Below, piece after piece: positions 1 through 9,061 of a stretch of DNA of 64,000 bases; within the stretch, counting starts at the first letter, position 1; each line of letters starts with the position of its first letter. A program made the position numbers and the translations under genes. This DNA is from Patescibacteria group bacterium (GTDB taxonomy: Bacteria > Patescibacteriota > Minisyncoccia > UBA6257 > Colwellbacteraceae): NCBI GenBank assembly GCA_023380475.1, contig JAMCRD010000003.1:28397-92396 (forward strand). Direction: 5' to 3'. The notes beneath the pieces were generated by a model, which was not told where the DNA came from, did no database searches, and saw only the letters and a list, made by a program, of their open reading frames with translations.

Positions 1-266
1 AGGTTAGAAAACATCGCCGGTTAGAAGGAACGGTTGTGTCAGACAAGATGTCGAAGACGCGGGTTGTTGAGGTTGTCCGCTCAAAATTCCACCCCAAATA
101 TCGTAAGCACTACACCGTCAGTTCTAAGTTTAAGGCTCATGACGAGAAGAACGTATACAAAGTCGGCGACCATGTTCTTATTGAGGAAACTAGGCCGATT
201 TCACGCGACAAGTATTTCAGGATTATAGGAAAAGTAGGTGAGACCCCAACTAAAGACAGTGAATAA
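1..266 (+). CDS. rpsQ: 30S ribosomal protein S17, 5' end cut by window edge
   Basis: The frame is open from nt 3 (VRKHRRLEGTVVSDKMSKTRVVEV...) and matches the S17 core. The track ORF 36..266 starts at an internal GTG. The gene lies directly upstream of rplN. Confidence 0.9.
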   Translation, partial: VRKHRRLEGTVVSDKMSKTRVVEVVRSKFHPKYRKHYTVSSKFKAHDEKNVYKVGDHVLIEETRPISRDKYFRIIGKVGETPTKDSE

Positions 267-272
267 ATCAAA

Positions 273-638
273 ATGATCCAGGAACGTTCTATCTTAAAAG
301 TTGCTGATAACTCCGGAGCCAAGGTGGTAAGATGCTTCCGTGTTTTGGGCAGCAGTCGTAAGCGTTACGCACGCTTGGGCGAAACCATCATCGCTTCAGT
401 TCAAGTAGCTGAACCGCGCAAGACCATCAAAAAGAAAGATATTGTTCATGCTTTGGTCATAAGAACCACAGCTCCGATTCGCCGGCGTGACGGCAGTTAT
501 GTTCGTTTCGATGAAAACGCGGTTGTTATAGTCGATAAAAACGAGCCGATAGCTACTCGTATTTTCGGTCCTCTGCCTCGCGAGCTTAAAGAGCTTGGCT
601 ATGATAAGGTTATTTCCTTAGCCCAAGAAATAGTTTAA
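273..638 (+). CDS. rplN: 50S ribosomal protein L14
   Basis: 121 aa, MIQERSILKVADNSGAK... is the canonical L14 N-terminus. Order is S17-L14-L24. Confidence 0.97.
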   Translation: MIQERSILKVADNSGAKVVRCFRVLGSSRKRYARLGETIIASVQVAEPRKTIKKKDIVHALVIRTTAPIRRRDGSYVRFDENAVVIVDKNEPIATRIFGPLPRELKELGYDKVISLAQEIV

Positions 639-643
639 TTACA

Positions 644-952
644 ATGAATATAAAGAAAGGCGATCAAGTTAAGATACTGAAGGGCAAGGACCGAGGTAAA
701 TCGGGTAAGGTTATTAAGGTAAACGTTTCGTACGGCCTGGTGACAGTGGAGGGATTGAACATACATCAGAAAAACGTACGAGCTAAAAATGCCGGCGAGA
801 AGGGGCAAGTGGTCAAATTGCCTACCCCTCTACACGTTTCAAATCTAGCTGTAGTTTGTCCGGCTTGCGGCAAGAGTACCAGAATAGGTTACCGTCGTTC
901 GACTGGTGGCAATAAGGAAAGATATTGTAAACAATGCAACGCAACCATTTAG
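644..952 (+). CDS. rplX: 50S ribosomal protein L24 (zinc-ribbon form)
   Basis: KOW motif KKGDQVKILKGKDRGKSGKV. C-terminal CPACGK...CKQC resembles Thermus-type L24. Confidence 0.95.
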   Translation: MNIKKGDQVKILKGKDRGKSGKVIKVNVSYGLVTVEGLNIHQKNVRAKNAGEKGQVVKLPTPLHVSNLAVVCPACGKSTRIGYRRSTGGNKERYCKQCNATI

Positions 953-1413
953 AAAAAATTGTAGTCTCGATAGGCGTAGGTAAGCTTCGCCAAAATCAGC
1001 AGTTTGAAGAGAAGATGCTACCTGCCATAGTAGAAGAGTTGGGGCTTATCACCGGCCAAAAGGCGGCTACACGTTCAGCTAAAAAATCGATAGCGACGTT
1101 TAAGTTGCGTCAAGGCGATATCGTCGGCCTGGTGGCAACGCTTCGCGGTCAGAGAATGGAAGACTTTTTGAAAAGAATGGTTAATGCAGCTCTGCCTCGA
1201 GTACGAGATTTCCGAGGGATAGACCTCAAAAATTTTGACCAGCACGGTAATTTGACAGTAGGCTTCCGCGAGCATACTGTTTTCCCTGAAATAAACGCCG
1301 AGACATCCAAGGTCAACTTTGGATTGGAAGTTACTTTGGTAGCCAATACCAAAAATAAAGAAGAAGGTATATCTTTCTTCCGTAGCTTGGGTCTACCTAT
1401 TAAATCTAACTAA
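934..1413 (+). CDS. rplE: 50S ribosomal protein L5 (N-terminally short)
   Basis: 159 aa with L5 motifs ([19 protein letters not shown]). An in-frame TAA at 928-930 fixes the start. Overlaps rplX by 19 nt. Confidence 0.93.
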   Translation: MQRNHLEKIVVSIGVGKLRQNQQFEEKMLPAIVEELGLITGQKAATRSAKKSIATFKLRQGDIVGLVATLRGQRMEDFLKRMVNAALPRVRDFRGIDLKNFDQHGNLTVGFREHTVFPEINAETSKVNFGLEVTLVANTKNKEEGISFFRSLGLPIKSN

Positions 1414-1418
1414 GTGAA

Positions 1419-1604
1419 ATGGCTAAAACATCAGTGAGAGTCAGAGCAAAGAAGAAACCCAAATATTCCACACGCGTTGTGCGGCGTTGCTGGCGTTGCG
1501 GCCGTAAACGTGGTTATATGCGCGACTTCGGGTTGTGCCGTATATGCTTTAGAGAATTAGCTCAATTGGGTCGCATACCTGGCGTTAAAAAATCTTCTTG
1601 GTAA
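1419..1604 (+). CDS. rpsN: 30S ribosomal protein S14, zinc-binding type Z
   Basis: 61 aa with CWRCGRKRG...CRICFRE, ending KKSSW. Confidence 0.95.
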   Translation: MAKTSVRVRAKKKPKYSTRVVRRCWRCGRKRGYMRDFGLCRICFRELAQLGRIPGVKKSSW

Positions 1605-1605
1605 C

Positions 1606-1989
1606 ATGATTTACAACGCACTTTCCAGAATCAATAACGGTCTAGCCAGAAAAGTAAGCAGGGTGAAAATCCCATTCTCTAAAGCCGATATGGCGATGTT
1701 GGAGGCTTTGGTCAAATATGGCTATGTGGCGTCAGTCGAGCGTAAGGGACGAGGGGTGAAGAGAATAATTGACGTTAACCTAAAGTACAATGAGGATGGG
1801 CGTTCGGCCATTAAAGGTATTAAGCTTGTCAGCAGGCCATCGCGCCGCGTTTATATGGGTTATCGCGATATAAAACCGTCCCGGCGCGGAAGAGGTCGTT
1901 ATATCATTTCCACTCCAGTGGGCTTAAAGAGTAATCACGATGCACGAAGGGAAAAACTGGGCGGTGAAGTACTTTTTGAAATTTGGTAA
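1606..1989 (+). CDS. rpsH: 30S ribosomal protein S8
   Basis: 127 aa in the conserved S14-S8-L6 order. The C-terminus GGEVLFEIW is typical of S8. Confidence 0.95.
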   Translation: MIYNALSRINNGLARKVSRVKIPFSKADMAMLEALVKYGYVASVERKGRGVKRIIDVNLKYNEDGRSAIKGIKLVSRPSRRVYMGYRDIKPSRRGRGRYIISTPVGLKSNHDARREKLGGEVLFEIW

Positions 1990-1991
1990 CC

Positions 1992-2555
1992 ATGTCTAAG
2001 ATTGGCAAAAAATTGATAACCATACCCGAGGGGGTCAAGATACAAGTCGTTGACGGCTTGGTTAAGGTTGAAGGATCTAATGGGAACACAGACATGAAAG
2101 TTTTAAAGGGGATTACACTGAAGATTGATGGTAACACTTTGAGTGTGGTGCCTGACAATGAATCCAAGCAAATCCGTAGCAACTGGGGAACCATGCGGGC
2201 TCTTATCCAAAATGCCGTGACTGGTGCCAAAACGGACTTCGGTAAGGAATTAGTTATCGAAGGTATCGGTTTTCGAGCTGAGGTTCAGGGAACTGATTTG
2301 GTATTGAATCTAGGTTTGTCCCACCAGGTTCGTTTCCCAATTCCGATAGGGATAAAGATCGTAACCGAAAAAAATGTCATTAAGATATCCGGTCATGACA
2401 AAGCGCAGGTAGGGGATACCGCCGCCCATATCCGTAAGTTAAAGAAACCAGAACCATATAAAGGCAAGGGTATACACTATGCTAATGAAACAGTACGTCG
2501 CAAGGCTGGTAAGAAAGCAATCAGCACGTCTGGCGGCGGTGCAGCTAAAGGTTAA
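1992..2555 (+). CDS. rplF: 50S ribosomal protein L6
   Basis: MSKIGKKLITIPEGVKI... is an L6 N-terminus. ATG 1992 is preferred over the TTG at 1983, which overlaps the rpsH stop. Confidence 0.93.
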   Translation: MSKIGKKLITIPEGVKIQVVDGLVKVEGSNGNTDMKVLKGITLKIDGNTLSVVPDNESKQIRSNWGTMRALIQNAVTGAKTDFGKELVIEGIGFRAEVQGTDLVLNLGLSHQVRFPIPIGIKIVTEKNVIKISGHDKAQVGDTAAHIRKLKKPEPYKGKGIHYANETVRRKAGKKAISTSGGGAAKG

Positions 2556-2570
2556 TCTATTTACAAAGCA

Positions 2571-2927
2571 ATGAAACAGAAGCAGAAAAACGTTATTCGC
2601 AAGAGAAGAGCCATAAGAACGAGAACTAAAATCGTGGGCACTGGAGAAATCCCAAGGCTTTCGGTGTTTCGTAGCAATCGTCACATCTATTTGCAATTGA
2701 TTGATGATACCAAAGGGGTGACTGTCCTTTCGGCGTCGACTAAAGTATTAAAACCAACTAAAGGATTAAAGAAGACTGATCAAGCTCAGGCGGTCAGTGA
2801 ACTGTTGGCCGAGAAGGCCAAACAAGCCGGTATAAGATCGGTGGCTTTTGATAGAGGCATGTACCGTTATCACGGTCGAATCAAAGCCGTAGCTGATGTT
2901 ATGCGTAAGGAAGGCATAAAAATATAA
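2571..2927 (+). CDS. rplR: 50S ribosomal protein L18
   Basis: 118 aa with RLSVFRSNRHIYLQLIDD and YHGRIKAVAD motifs. Confidence 0.95.
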   Translation: MKQKQKNVIRKRRAIRTRTKIVGTGEIPRLSVFRSNRHIYLQLIDDTKGVTVLSASTKVLKPTKGLKKTDQAQAVSELLAEKAKQAGIRSVAFDRGMYRYHGRIKAVADVMRKEGIKI

Positions 2928-2928
2928 A

Positions 2929-3456
2929 ATGAGAGAACCTAGATTAACGGTAAAAGACGAGTTTAAAGACGAGACATTGGAAACAAGGCGTGTCACAAGG
3001 GTTATGGCTGGTGGGAAACGGTTCCGTTTTCGTTCGACTGTTGTTATCGGTGATATGAAAGGCAGAGTCGGTGTGGGCATTGGTAAAGGAGTCGATCTGC
3101 AGCAGTCCATTCAGAAGGCTAGGCATAATGCCAAGAAGAGCCTTATAAGTGTAGCTCTCAAAGAAAACACTATTCCTCACGAAACTTATGCCAAATTCAG
3201 CGCAGCCCGAGTTATCCTTAAACCCGCTCGTCTGGGGCATGGCTTGATGGCTGGAGGCGCTGTACGTATCGTCCTAAAGTTAGCTGGAATTCGTGATGCT
3301 ACAGCTAAATGTTTGGGTACTACCACTAATAAACTGACGACGGCTATGGCTACCATTAAAGCCCTTGAGTCTCTGAGTCTGCCTTACAGCAAGCTCTCAA
3401 ATGCAAAAGAAGGGTTGGTTGAATCGGCCAGCCAAGGTGATAAAGTGAAGGAATAA
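2929..3456 (+). CDS. rpsE: 30S ribosomal protein S5
   Basis: 175 aa with VTRVMAGGKRFRF..VVIGD and GLMAGGAVR motifs. Confidence 0.95.
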   Translation: MREPRLTVKDEFKDETLETRRVTRVMAGGKRFRFRSTVVIGDMKGRVGVGIGKGVDLQQSIQKARHNAKKSLISVALKENTIPHETYAKFSAARVILKPARLGHGLMAGGAVRIVLKLAGIRDATAKCLGTTTNKLTTAMATIKALESLSLPYSKLSNAKEGLVESASQGDKVKE

Positions 3457-3743
3457 TGCAGCTACATGATTTAAAACCTAGGCATGCCCGTTTTCTCAAG
3501 AAGCGTGTGGGTCGTGGCGGTAAGCGCGGGACTTTTTCTGGCAGAGGGACCAAGGGCCAGCGTGCTAGAGCTGGACATAAGATTCGTCCAGCCGAGCGAG
3601 ACTTTATCCAGCGCTTGCCTAAACTACGTGGTGTTGGCAATAGGACAAATGGTGTGAGCCAAGCCAGAGAGCTAATGCGGCAGCGTGCCAGACACCGTGC
3701 CTTGCGTATGGCTCGTAAGACCCCCCATGGAAAGAATTCTTAA
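3456..3743 (+). CDS. rplO: 50S ribosomal protein L15, truncated (95 aa)
   Basis: N-terminus MQLHDLKP..RVGRGGKRG..GRGTKGQRAR..RLPKLRG matches L15. The C-terminal globular part is missing. TAATG overlap with the rpsE stop. Confidence 0.8.
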   Translation: MQLHDLKPRHARFLKKRVGRGGKRGTFSGRGTKGQRARAGHKIRPAERDFIQRLPKLRGVGNRTNGVSQARELMRQRARHRALRMARKTPHGKNS

Positions 3744-4998
3744 TATATTTAGGATAAAAGACCTGCGCAACAAGGTGCTGATAGTGGCAGGTCTCTTGGT
3801 GTGTTCACGAGTACTGGCAGCAATTCCTCTCCCAGGCATTCAGCAAGCTGCCCTGAAAAATTTGTTAGCCGGGAATCAATTACTTGGTTTTCTGAATATA
3901 TTCTCGGGTGGAGCTTTGTCGACCATGTCCATCGCCATGCTCGGTTTGGGGCCGTATATCACCTCTACCATCATCATGCAACTTCTAACAATGGTTTTCC
4001 CTTCATTGAAAGCCATGTATTACGAAGAGGGTGCAGTAGGTAGGTCTAAATTCAACCGTTATACCCGTTATCTGACGGTACCTCTAGCCGTACTACAGTC
4101 TTACGGTTTTCTGCGTTTGCTGGCTTCCCAAGGCGTGATCACTAATCTTAGCCTTGCTCAGGAGATTATAAACGTGATAGTAGCTACAGCTGGCTCGCTT
4201 GTCCTGGTGTGGTTTGGTGAATTGATAACCGAGCAGAAAATAGGCAACGGTATATCACTGCTTATATTTGCCGGCATAGTCGCTGGTTTACCGACATCTT
4301 TCAGGAATGCCATTCTTACTTACACTCCGGGATCTATGCCGTTCTACATATTATTCTTATTGTTGATACTGGCAGTCACTGCTGCCATGGTGCTGATGAA
4401 CGAAGGGGTACGTAAAGTTGCCGTTTCTTACGCTAAACGCATCCGCGGTAACAGGGTTTACGGCGGCGTGTCGACCTACCTGCCTCTGAAAGTAAACCAG
4501 GCCGGCATGATCCCGATCATATTCGCCATATCAGTACTACTGGTTCCCCAGTTTATAGGACAAGTGCTAGCTGGCTTTTCGACACATTTTGCCACGACGA
4601 TTAACAGCTGGGTCAATAGTTTTATGAACAATCAGCTGCTCTACGGCGTAGTTTATTTCGTTTTGGTATTTGCGTTTACTTACTTTTATACAGCTATCAC
4701 CTTCGATCCGAACGAAATTTCTAAGAACTTGCAACGAAGTGGGGGATTTATCCCTGGGCTGAGGCCTGGTGAACCAACAGCGCAATACCTCAGCAAAGTT
4801 ACGTCTCGGATAACCTTTTTTGGAGCGCTATTTTTGGGATTAGTAGCCATCTTGCCGCTGATTATTCAGGCTTTTACTCACACCCAATCTCTGACGATAA
4901 GTGGTGCAGCCATGCTGATCGTCGTTGCAGTGGCTCTTGAGGTAGCTCAGCAGATTGATTCACAGCTTACAGTTCGCGAATACGAGGGCATAAGGTAA
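3727..4998 (+). CDS. secY: Preprotein translocase subunit SecY
   Basis: About 10 TM segments and a position after rplO. ATG 3727 (MERILNIFRIKDLRNKV) is preferred over the GTG at 3685. Confidence 0.93.
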   Translation: MERILNIFRIKDLRNKVLIVAGLLVCSRVLAAIPLPGIQQAALKNLLAGNQLLGFLNIFSGGALSTMSIAMLGLGPYITSTIIMQLLTMVFPSLKAMYYEEGAVGRSKFNRYTRYLTVPLAVLQSYGFLRLLASQGVITNLSLAQEIINVIVATAGSLVLVWFGELITEQKIGNGISLLIFAGIVAGLPTSFRNAILTYTPGSMPFYILFLLLILAVTAAMVLMNEGVRKVAVSYAKRIRGNRVYGGVSTYLPLKVNQAGMIPIIFAISVLLVPQFIGQVLAGFSTHFATTINSWVNSFMNNQLLYGVVYFVLVFAFTYFYTAITFDPNEISKNLQRSGGFIPGLRPGEPTAQYLSKVTSRITFFGALFLGLVAILPLIIQAFTHTQSLTISGAAMLIVVAVALEVAQQIDSQLTVREYEGIR

Positions 4999-5008
4999 AA
5001 TATTGTTG

Positions 5009-5662
5009 ATGAGAGCTGTCATCATCTTTGGTTCCCCCGGCGCCGGCAAGGGTATGCAGGCCACGTTATTGGAACATGCCTACGGTTTTATACATTTTGA
5101 TACTGGTAAATACATCGAGCGGGAAGTTCATGGCCCTCGTGTATCACAGAGCCATACTCTTCGCCACGAACGTAAGTTGTTCGATAGCGGCTTTCTGAAT
5201 ACCCCGTCATGGGCTTTCGGAATTGTTAAGCGTGAAGTAATCAGGATGTCTGAGGCCAGGGAAGACTTAGTGTTCAGCGGTTCGCCTCGGACGCTATTTG
5301 AGACGGAACATTTGGTGCCTTTGCTCGAGCGGCTCTATGGCCGAAAGAATATCAGTTTCTTTCATTTGTCCGTTCCCAAAGAAACTGCCGTCAAGCGTAA
5401 TCTGGCACGTCGGATATGTTCAGTTTGCGGTGCAGTGATTATAGATCCCCGCACTAGTTTCAAACGCTGCCCCATATGCAGAGGCAGGTTGACCAAGCGG
5501 ACTCTGGATAATAAACAAGCTCTGGTAAGACGTTTTGAGCAGTATGTCGATCGTACCAAACCTATCTTTGAATATCTTAAAGGACGCGGCTATAAGATAA
5601 TTAAGATAGATGGAACACCTTCTCCGGAAATCGTGTTTGCCAAGATAAGCAAGCATATTTAG
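5009..5662 (+). CDS. adk: Adenylate kinase (zinc-lid type)
   Basis: P-loop IIFGSPGAGKG. Lid CSVCG...CPICRG. Follows secY. Confidence 0.9.
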   Translation: MRAVIIFGSPGAGKGMQATLLEHAYGFIHFDTGKYIEREVHGPRVSQSHTLRHERKLFDSGFLNTPSWAFGIVKREVIRMSEAREDLVFSGSPRTLFETEHLVPLLERLYGRKNISFFHLSVPKETAVKRNLARRICSVCGAVIIDPRTSFKRCPICRGRLTKRTLDNKQALVRRFEQYVDRTKPIFEYLKGRGYKIIKIDGTPSPEIVFAKISKHI

Positions 5663-5688
5663 ATTTCTGAGCCATCACGACGTTGCTT

Positions 5689-6450
5689 ATGACATCTTAT
5701 GTAAAAACTGAAGAGGAGATCCAGCGCATTCGGCGATCGGCCAAGATATTGGCCGCCGTTCTTCGTAGACTGACCGCGGTTTCTGCTCCAGGGGTTACCC
5801 TGATCGAATTGGATACGATGGCTAGAGGACTTATTGAGACCGCCGGTGGTAAGCCAGCCTTTTTAAACTATCGTCCTTACGGTGCGAGTAAAGGATTCCC
5901 TTTCACTCTTTGCGCTTCAGTAAACAACGTTATCGTGCACGGTCTGCCGTCAGGTTATGCCTTGAAGTCAGGCGACCTATTGAAGTTGGACCTCGGGGTC
6001 GATTGGGAAGGAGGAATAAGCGATTCAGCCATTACGATACCCATAGGGCGAGTAGACAGCGAGGGACTTCGGCTTACTAAAGTTACCAAACTGGCTCTCC
6101 GGGAAGGGATAAGGGCTGCCAAAGATGGCAATAAAATAGGGGATATAGGATTTGCTATCGAGCGGGCTGCCAGCGCCGCTGGGTTCAAGGTAGCCGAAGG
6201 CCTCACGGGCCACGGCGTAGGGAATGAACTACATGAGGAACCTACTATATATAACTATGGCAAGCCGCACACTGGAGTTCCCCTCAAGAACGGCATGGTT
6301 ATAGCCATAGAACCTATGATTAACATCGGCAGCGCGGCGATAAAACAACTCAAAGATGACAGTTACGTAACCGCTGATGGAAGTCTTTCAGCTCACTTTG
6401 AGCATACCGTCCTGATTACTAGAACGGGAGGTGAAGTGCTCAGCGCTTAG
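5689..6450 (+). CDS. map: Methionine aminopeptidase type I
   Basis: Motifs VIVHG, DLGVDWEG, GHGVG, IAIEP and EHTVLIT. Follows adk. Confidence 0.93.
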   Translation: MTSYVKTEEEIQRIRRSAKILAAVLRRLTAVSAPGVTLIELDTMARGLIETAGGKPAFLNYRPYGASKGFPFTLCASVNNVIVHGLPSGYALKSGDLLKLDLGVDWEGGISDSAITIPIGRVDSEGLRLTKVTKLALREGIRAAKDGNKIGDIGFAIERAASAAGFKVAEGLTGHGVGNELHEEPTIYNYGKPHTGVPLKNGMVIAIEPMINIGSAAIKQLKDDSYVTADGSLSAHFEHTVLITRTGGEVLSA

Positions 6451-7766
6451 TTGGTTATGGTATAGCTGAAAAGTCCTTCTGGAGTAACGTAATAAACGGT
6501 ATCGTTGGCTGCGTTATAGTCAAACTGGCTGACATTGTGCGAAATTATATCGCTGTTTACGGGAGTGCCGGATGCTACTTCGATAAAACTTAAATCACTG
6601 CCCTGCAAGACAAAGAGATGTGAGTTGTCTTTGTACCACTTCAGACTGTTTATGGCCGGACCGGAGTTGATCAAAGTAATGTAACTATCGTTGTTCGTAT
6701 TGTAGACTGACAGTTTACCGTCGTTGTTACCAAAGGCAATGTACTTGGAATCGCCTGAGAAAGCGGTCAAATTGGCGCTGTTGGCAATACCGACGAGACT
6801 ATTGGTACCGGCATCGAACAGGTACAGCTTACCAGTTCTGTTGATAACAGTTATCAAGGATCGCGAAGGGGACTCGTTAAGGCTCACCGGCGAGATAGCG
6901 GTGTCGGTGGCGAACTTTAAGACGGTTGTCGTTGCATTAAGAACTAGGTTATATCTCCACAAACCTGTGTTGTCGGCCCAAATGAGCTGATCGTAACTTG
7001 CAGCGAAATCGGCCACTTTAGTGGCGATCCGGTCAAGCTGCAGGTTAGTTGTATCCATGACATACAGGCCATCTGTGGCGTTTATGATTACGCTAGAGTC
7101 ATCGAAGGGATTAAAAGCTATTTTGCTTATAGCTACTCGTCCCGCTAGATGCAGCTGGGATACTCTAAGTTCCGATAATAACGACGTTAGATTGAGGCTC
7201 GAACTGGCGTTGGATAAATCAACCAGGTGATACGCTGTGCCTGCATTGTTGCTGGTTATAACGCGGCCAGCTTGCGAGGAAGCGACAACCCTGGCCCCCG
7301 GTATTGGGCGGCTATTAAATAAGATTGACCCGTTTTTAATTGTCAGTAGTTGTCCATCGGCTATAGTAAATCCCGTGGCATTCTTACTAATCAACTTGCC
7401 TGAGTTTGTTGTAGGCAGAAGGATTATGTTGTCGAATACAGTTACCTCGCTGGATTTCACCTCAGCTGTTTTCGCCCAAGAAGTGTATCCGTTATCACTG
7501 ATGGTCAGATAGTAACTCCCTGGTACAAGCTCCGAGATCAATGTCCCCGACTGGAGCAGGCCAGACTGGTTCTTGACTGGCTTGCCATCCAAAGTTATGC
7601 TCGCGTCCGAAGGGGTGCTGTTTATATATACGCCTCCAATTACCTGAAACGAACCGGTCTGGAAATCGAAACGCCACCCCTGAGAATATAAGACTATTAT
7701 TGTACCGAGTATCAAAAATACGACTACGAATATATAGAAGAGGAGTCTTCTAGTTCCTAGAGACAT
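6447..7766 (-). CDS. Membrane-anchored PEGA-domain / beta-propeller-like protein
   Basis: N-terminal TM helix, a PEGA-like segment (YINSTPSDASITLDGKPV..GSYYLTISDNGY), then a long beta-rich region. Confidence 0.55.
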   Translation of the reverse strand: MSLGTRRLLFYIFVVVFLILGTIIVLYSQGWRFDFQTGSFQVIGGVYINSTPSDASITLDGKPVKNQSGLLQSGTLISELVPGSYYLTISDNGYTSWAKTAEVKSSEVTVFDNIILLPTTNSGKLISKNATGFTIADGQLLTIKNGSILFNSRPIPGARVVASSQAGRVITSNNAGTAYHLVDLSNASSSLNLTSLLSELRVSQLHLAGRVAISKIAFNPFDDSSVIINATDGLYVMDTTNLQLDRIATKVADFAASYDQLIWADNTGLWRYNLVLNATTTVLKFATDTAISPVSLNESPSRSLITVINRTGKLYLFDAGTNSLVGIANSANLTAFSGDSKYIAFGNNDGKLSVYNTNNDSYITLINSGPAINSLKWYKDNSHLFVLQGSDLSFIEVASGTPVNSDIISHNVSQFDYNAANDTVYYVTPEGLFSYTITN

Positions 7767-7786
7767 TATCCCCTATAATAGGCAAG

Positions 7787-9055
7787 ATGAAATTCGTTGT
7801 AAATGGAGGCAAAGAACTGAACGGCGAGATCGAAGTTCGTGGTTCGAAGAACGCCGCGACCCCCATCATAGCCTCGACCCTTTTGACATCAAGACCCTGC
7901 ATAGTAGAAAACATACCGCTCATAAGCGATGTTTTTACCACTCTCCAGATCCTGGAAAGTATGGGTTCGGAAATAAGCTGGCTAGGCGAAAGAAAAGTAA
8001 GGATAATTAATAGAGACATAGACCCTACCAGAGTTGACCAGCGCTTAGTGCGCAAAATAAGATCTTCCATTCTTATTCTTGGGCCGCTTTTGGCCAGATA
8101 CGGGGAGGTTGTTATAGCCACTCCGGGTGGCTGCCAAATAGGCACACGTTCCATCAGTGCTCACCTTGAAGCCATAAAAGATTTAGGTGGGGTTGTCGCC
8201 TATGATCCTAAAGAGGATCTGTATGAAATAACTAAACCAGTTGGGCAATGGGGTAATGGAGTTGTACTTAAGGAGTTTAGTGTGACGGCCACTGAGAACA
8301 TAATGATGCTGGGAGCGTTGTCTGCCCCACTTAAAATAGAGTTATGCGCCGCTGAGCCTCATGTTCAAGAGTTGGGATATTTTATGAATATTCTAGGGGC
8401 TGACTATCGCGGTCTAGGTACTCACGAGATTGTCATAACCCGCGGCATTGAGAATCGTAACCAAGAAATCAGTCACCGTATCGCAAGCGACTATCTTGAG
8501 GCTGGAACTTTCATGGCTCTGGCGGCGATGATTGGCGACAAGGTCAGGATTAAAAACGTCCCTATCGATTACTTGACCGCTGCTATCCAAAAACTAAGAG
8601 AGTTCGGTGTTTTGCTGAGCATAAGCGGCGACAGTATACTAATCACCGGCGACCGAAAGCGTTTGACAAGCACGAACGTGCAAACCTTGCCGTATCCTGG
8701 CTTCCCAACTGATCTTCAAGCGCAATTTGGAGCCATGGCAACTCAATGTCAGGGTGACAGCCTTATTTTTGACACTCTTTACGAGGGAAGATTAAAATAC
8801 ATTGAAGAGCTAGTTAAAATGGGTGCACGGGCTAAAATTCTTGACCCTCACCGTGCGCTAATATCTGGTCCGACCAAGCTGCACGGAGCCGAAATCGAGA
8901 GCCTCGACCTGCGGGCCGGAGCCACATTGGTTATAGCAGCTTTGGCGGCCAGTGGCGTAAGTTCTTTGGGGGGCATTGAGCAGATTGACCGCGGTTACGA
9001 GCATATTGAAGAACGTTTGAAGTTATTAGGTGCGGAGATAGAAAGAAACAATTAA
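7787..9055 (+). CDS. murA: UDP-N-acetylglucosamine 1-carboxyvinyltransferase
   Basis: 422 aa. N-terminus GEIEVRGSKNAATPIIASTLL, and PGGCQIG with the active-site Cys region. Confidence 0.93.
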   Translation: MKFVVNGGKELNGEIEVRGSKNAATPIIASTLLTSRPCIVENIPLISDVFTTLQILESMGSEISWLGERKVRIINRDIDPTRVDQRLVRKIRSSILILGPLLARYGEVVIATPGGCQIGTRSISAHLEAIKDLGGVVAYDPKEDLYEITKPVGQWGNGVVLKEFSVTATENIMMLGALSAPLKIELCAAEPHVQELGYFMNILGADYRGLGTHEIVITRGIENRNQEISHRIASDYLEAGTFMALAAMIGDKVRIKNVPIDYLTAAIQKLREFGVLLSISGDSILITGDRKRLTSTNVQTLPYPGFPTDLQAQFGAMATQCQGDSLIFDTLYEGRLKYIEELVKMGARAKILDPHRALISGPTKLHGAEIESLDLRAGATLVIAALAASGVSSLGGIEQIDRGYEHIEERLKLLGAEIERNN

Positions 9056-9061
9056 ATTTTT

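Noticed and set aside
644-952. Zinc ribbon on L24 as a novelty
   Set aside because: The same CPACGK...C..C tail is known from Thermus-type L24, so it is an established variant.
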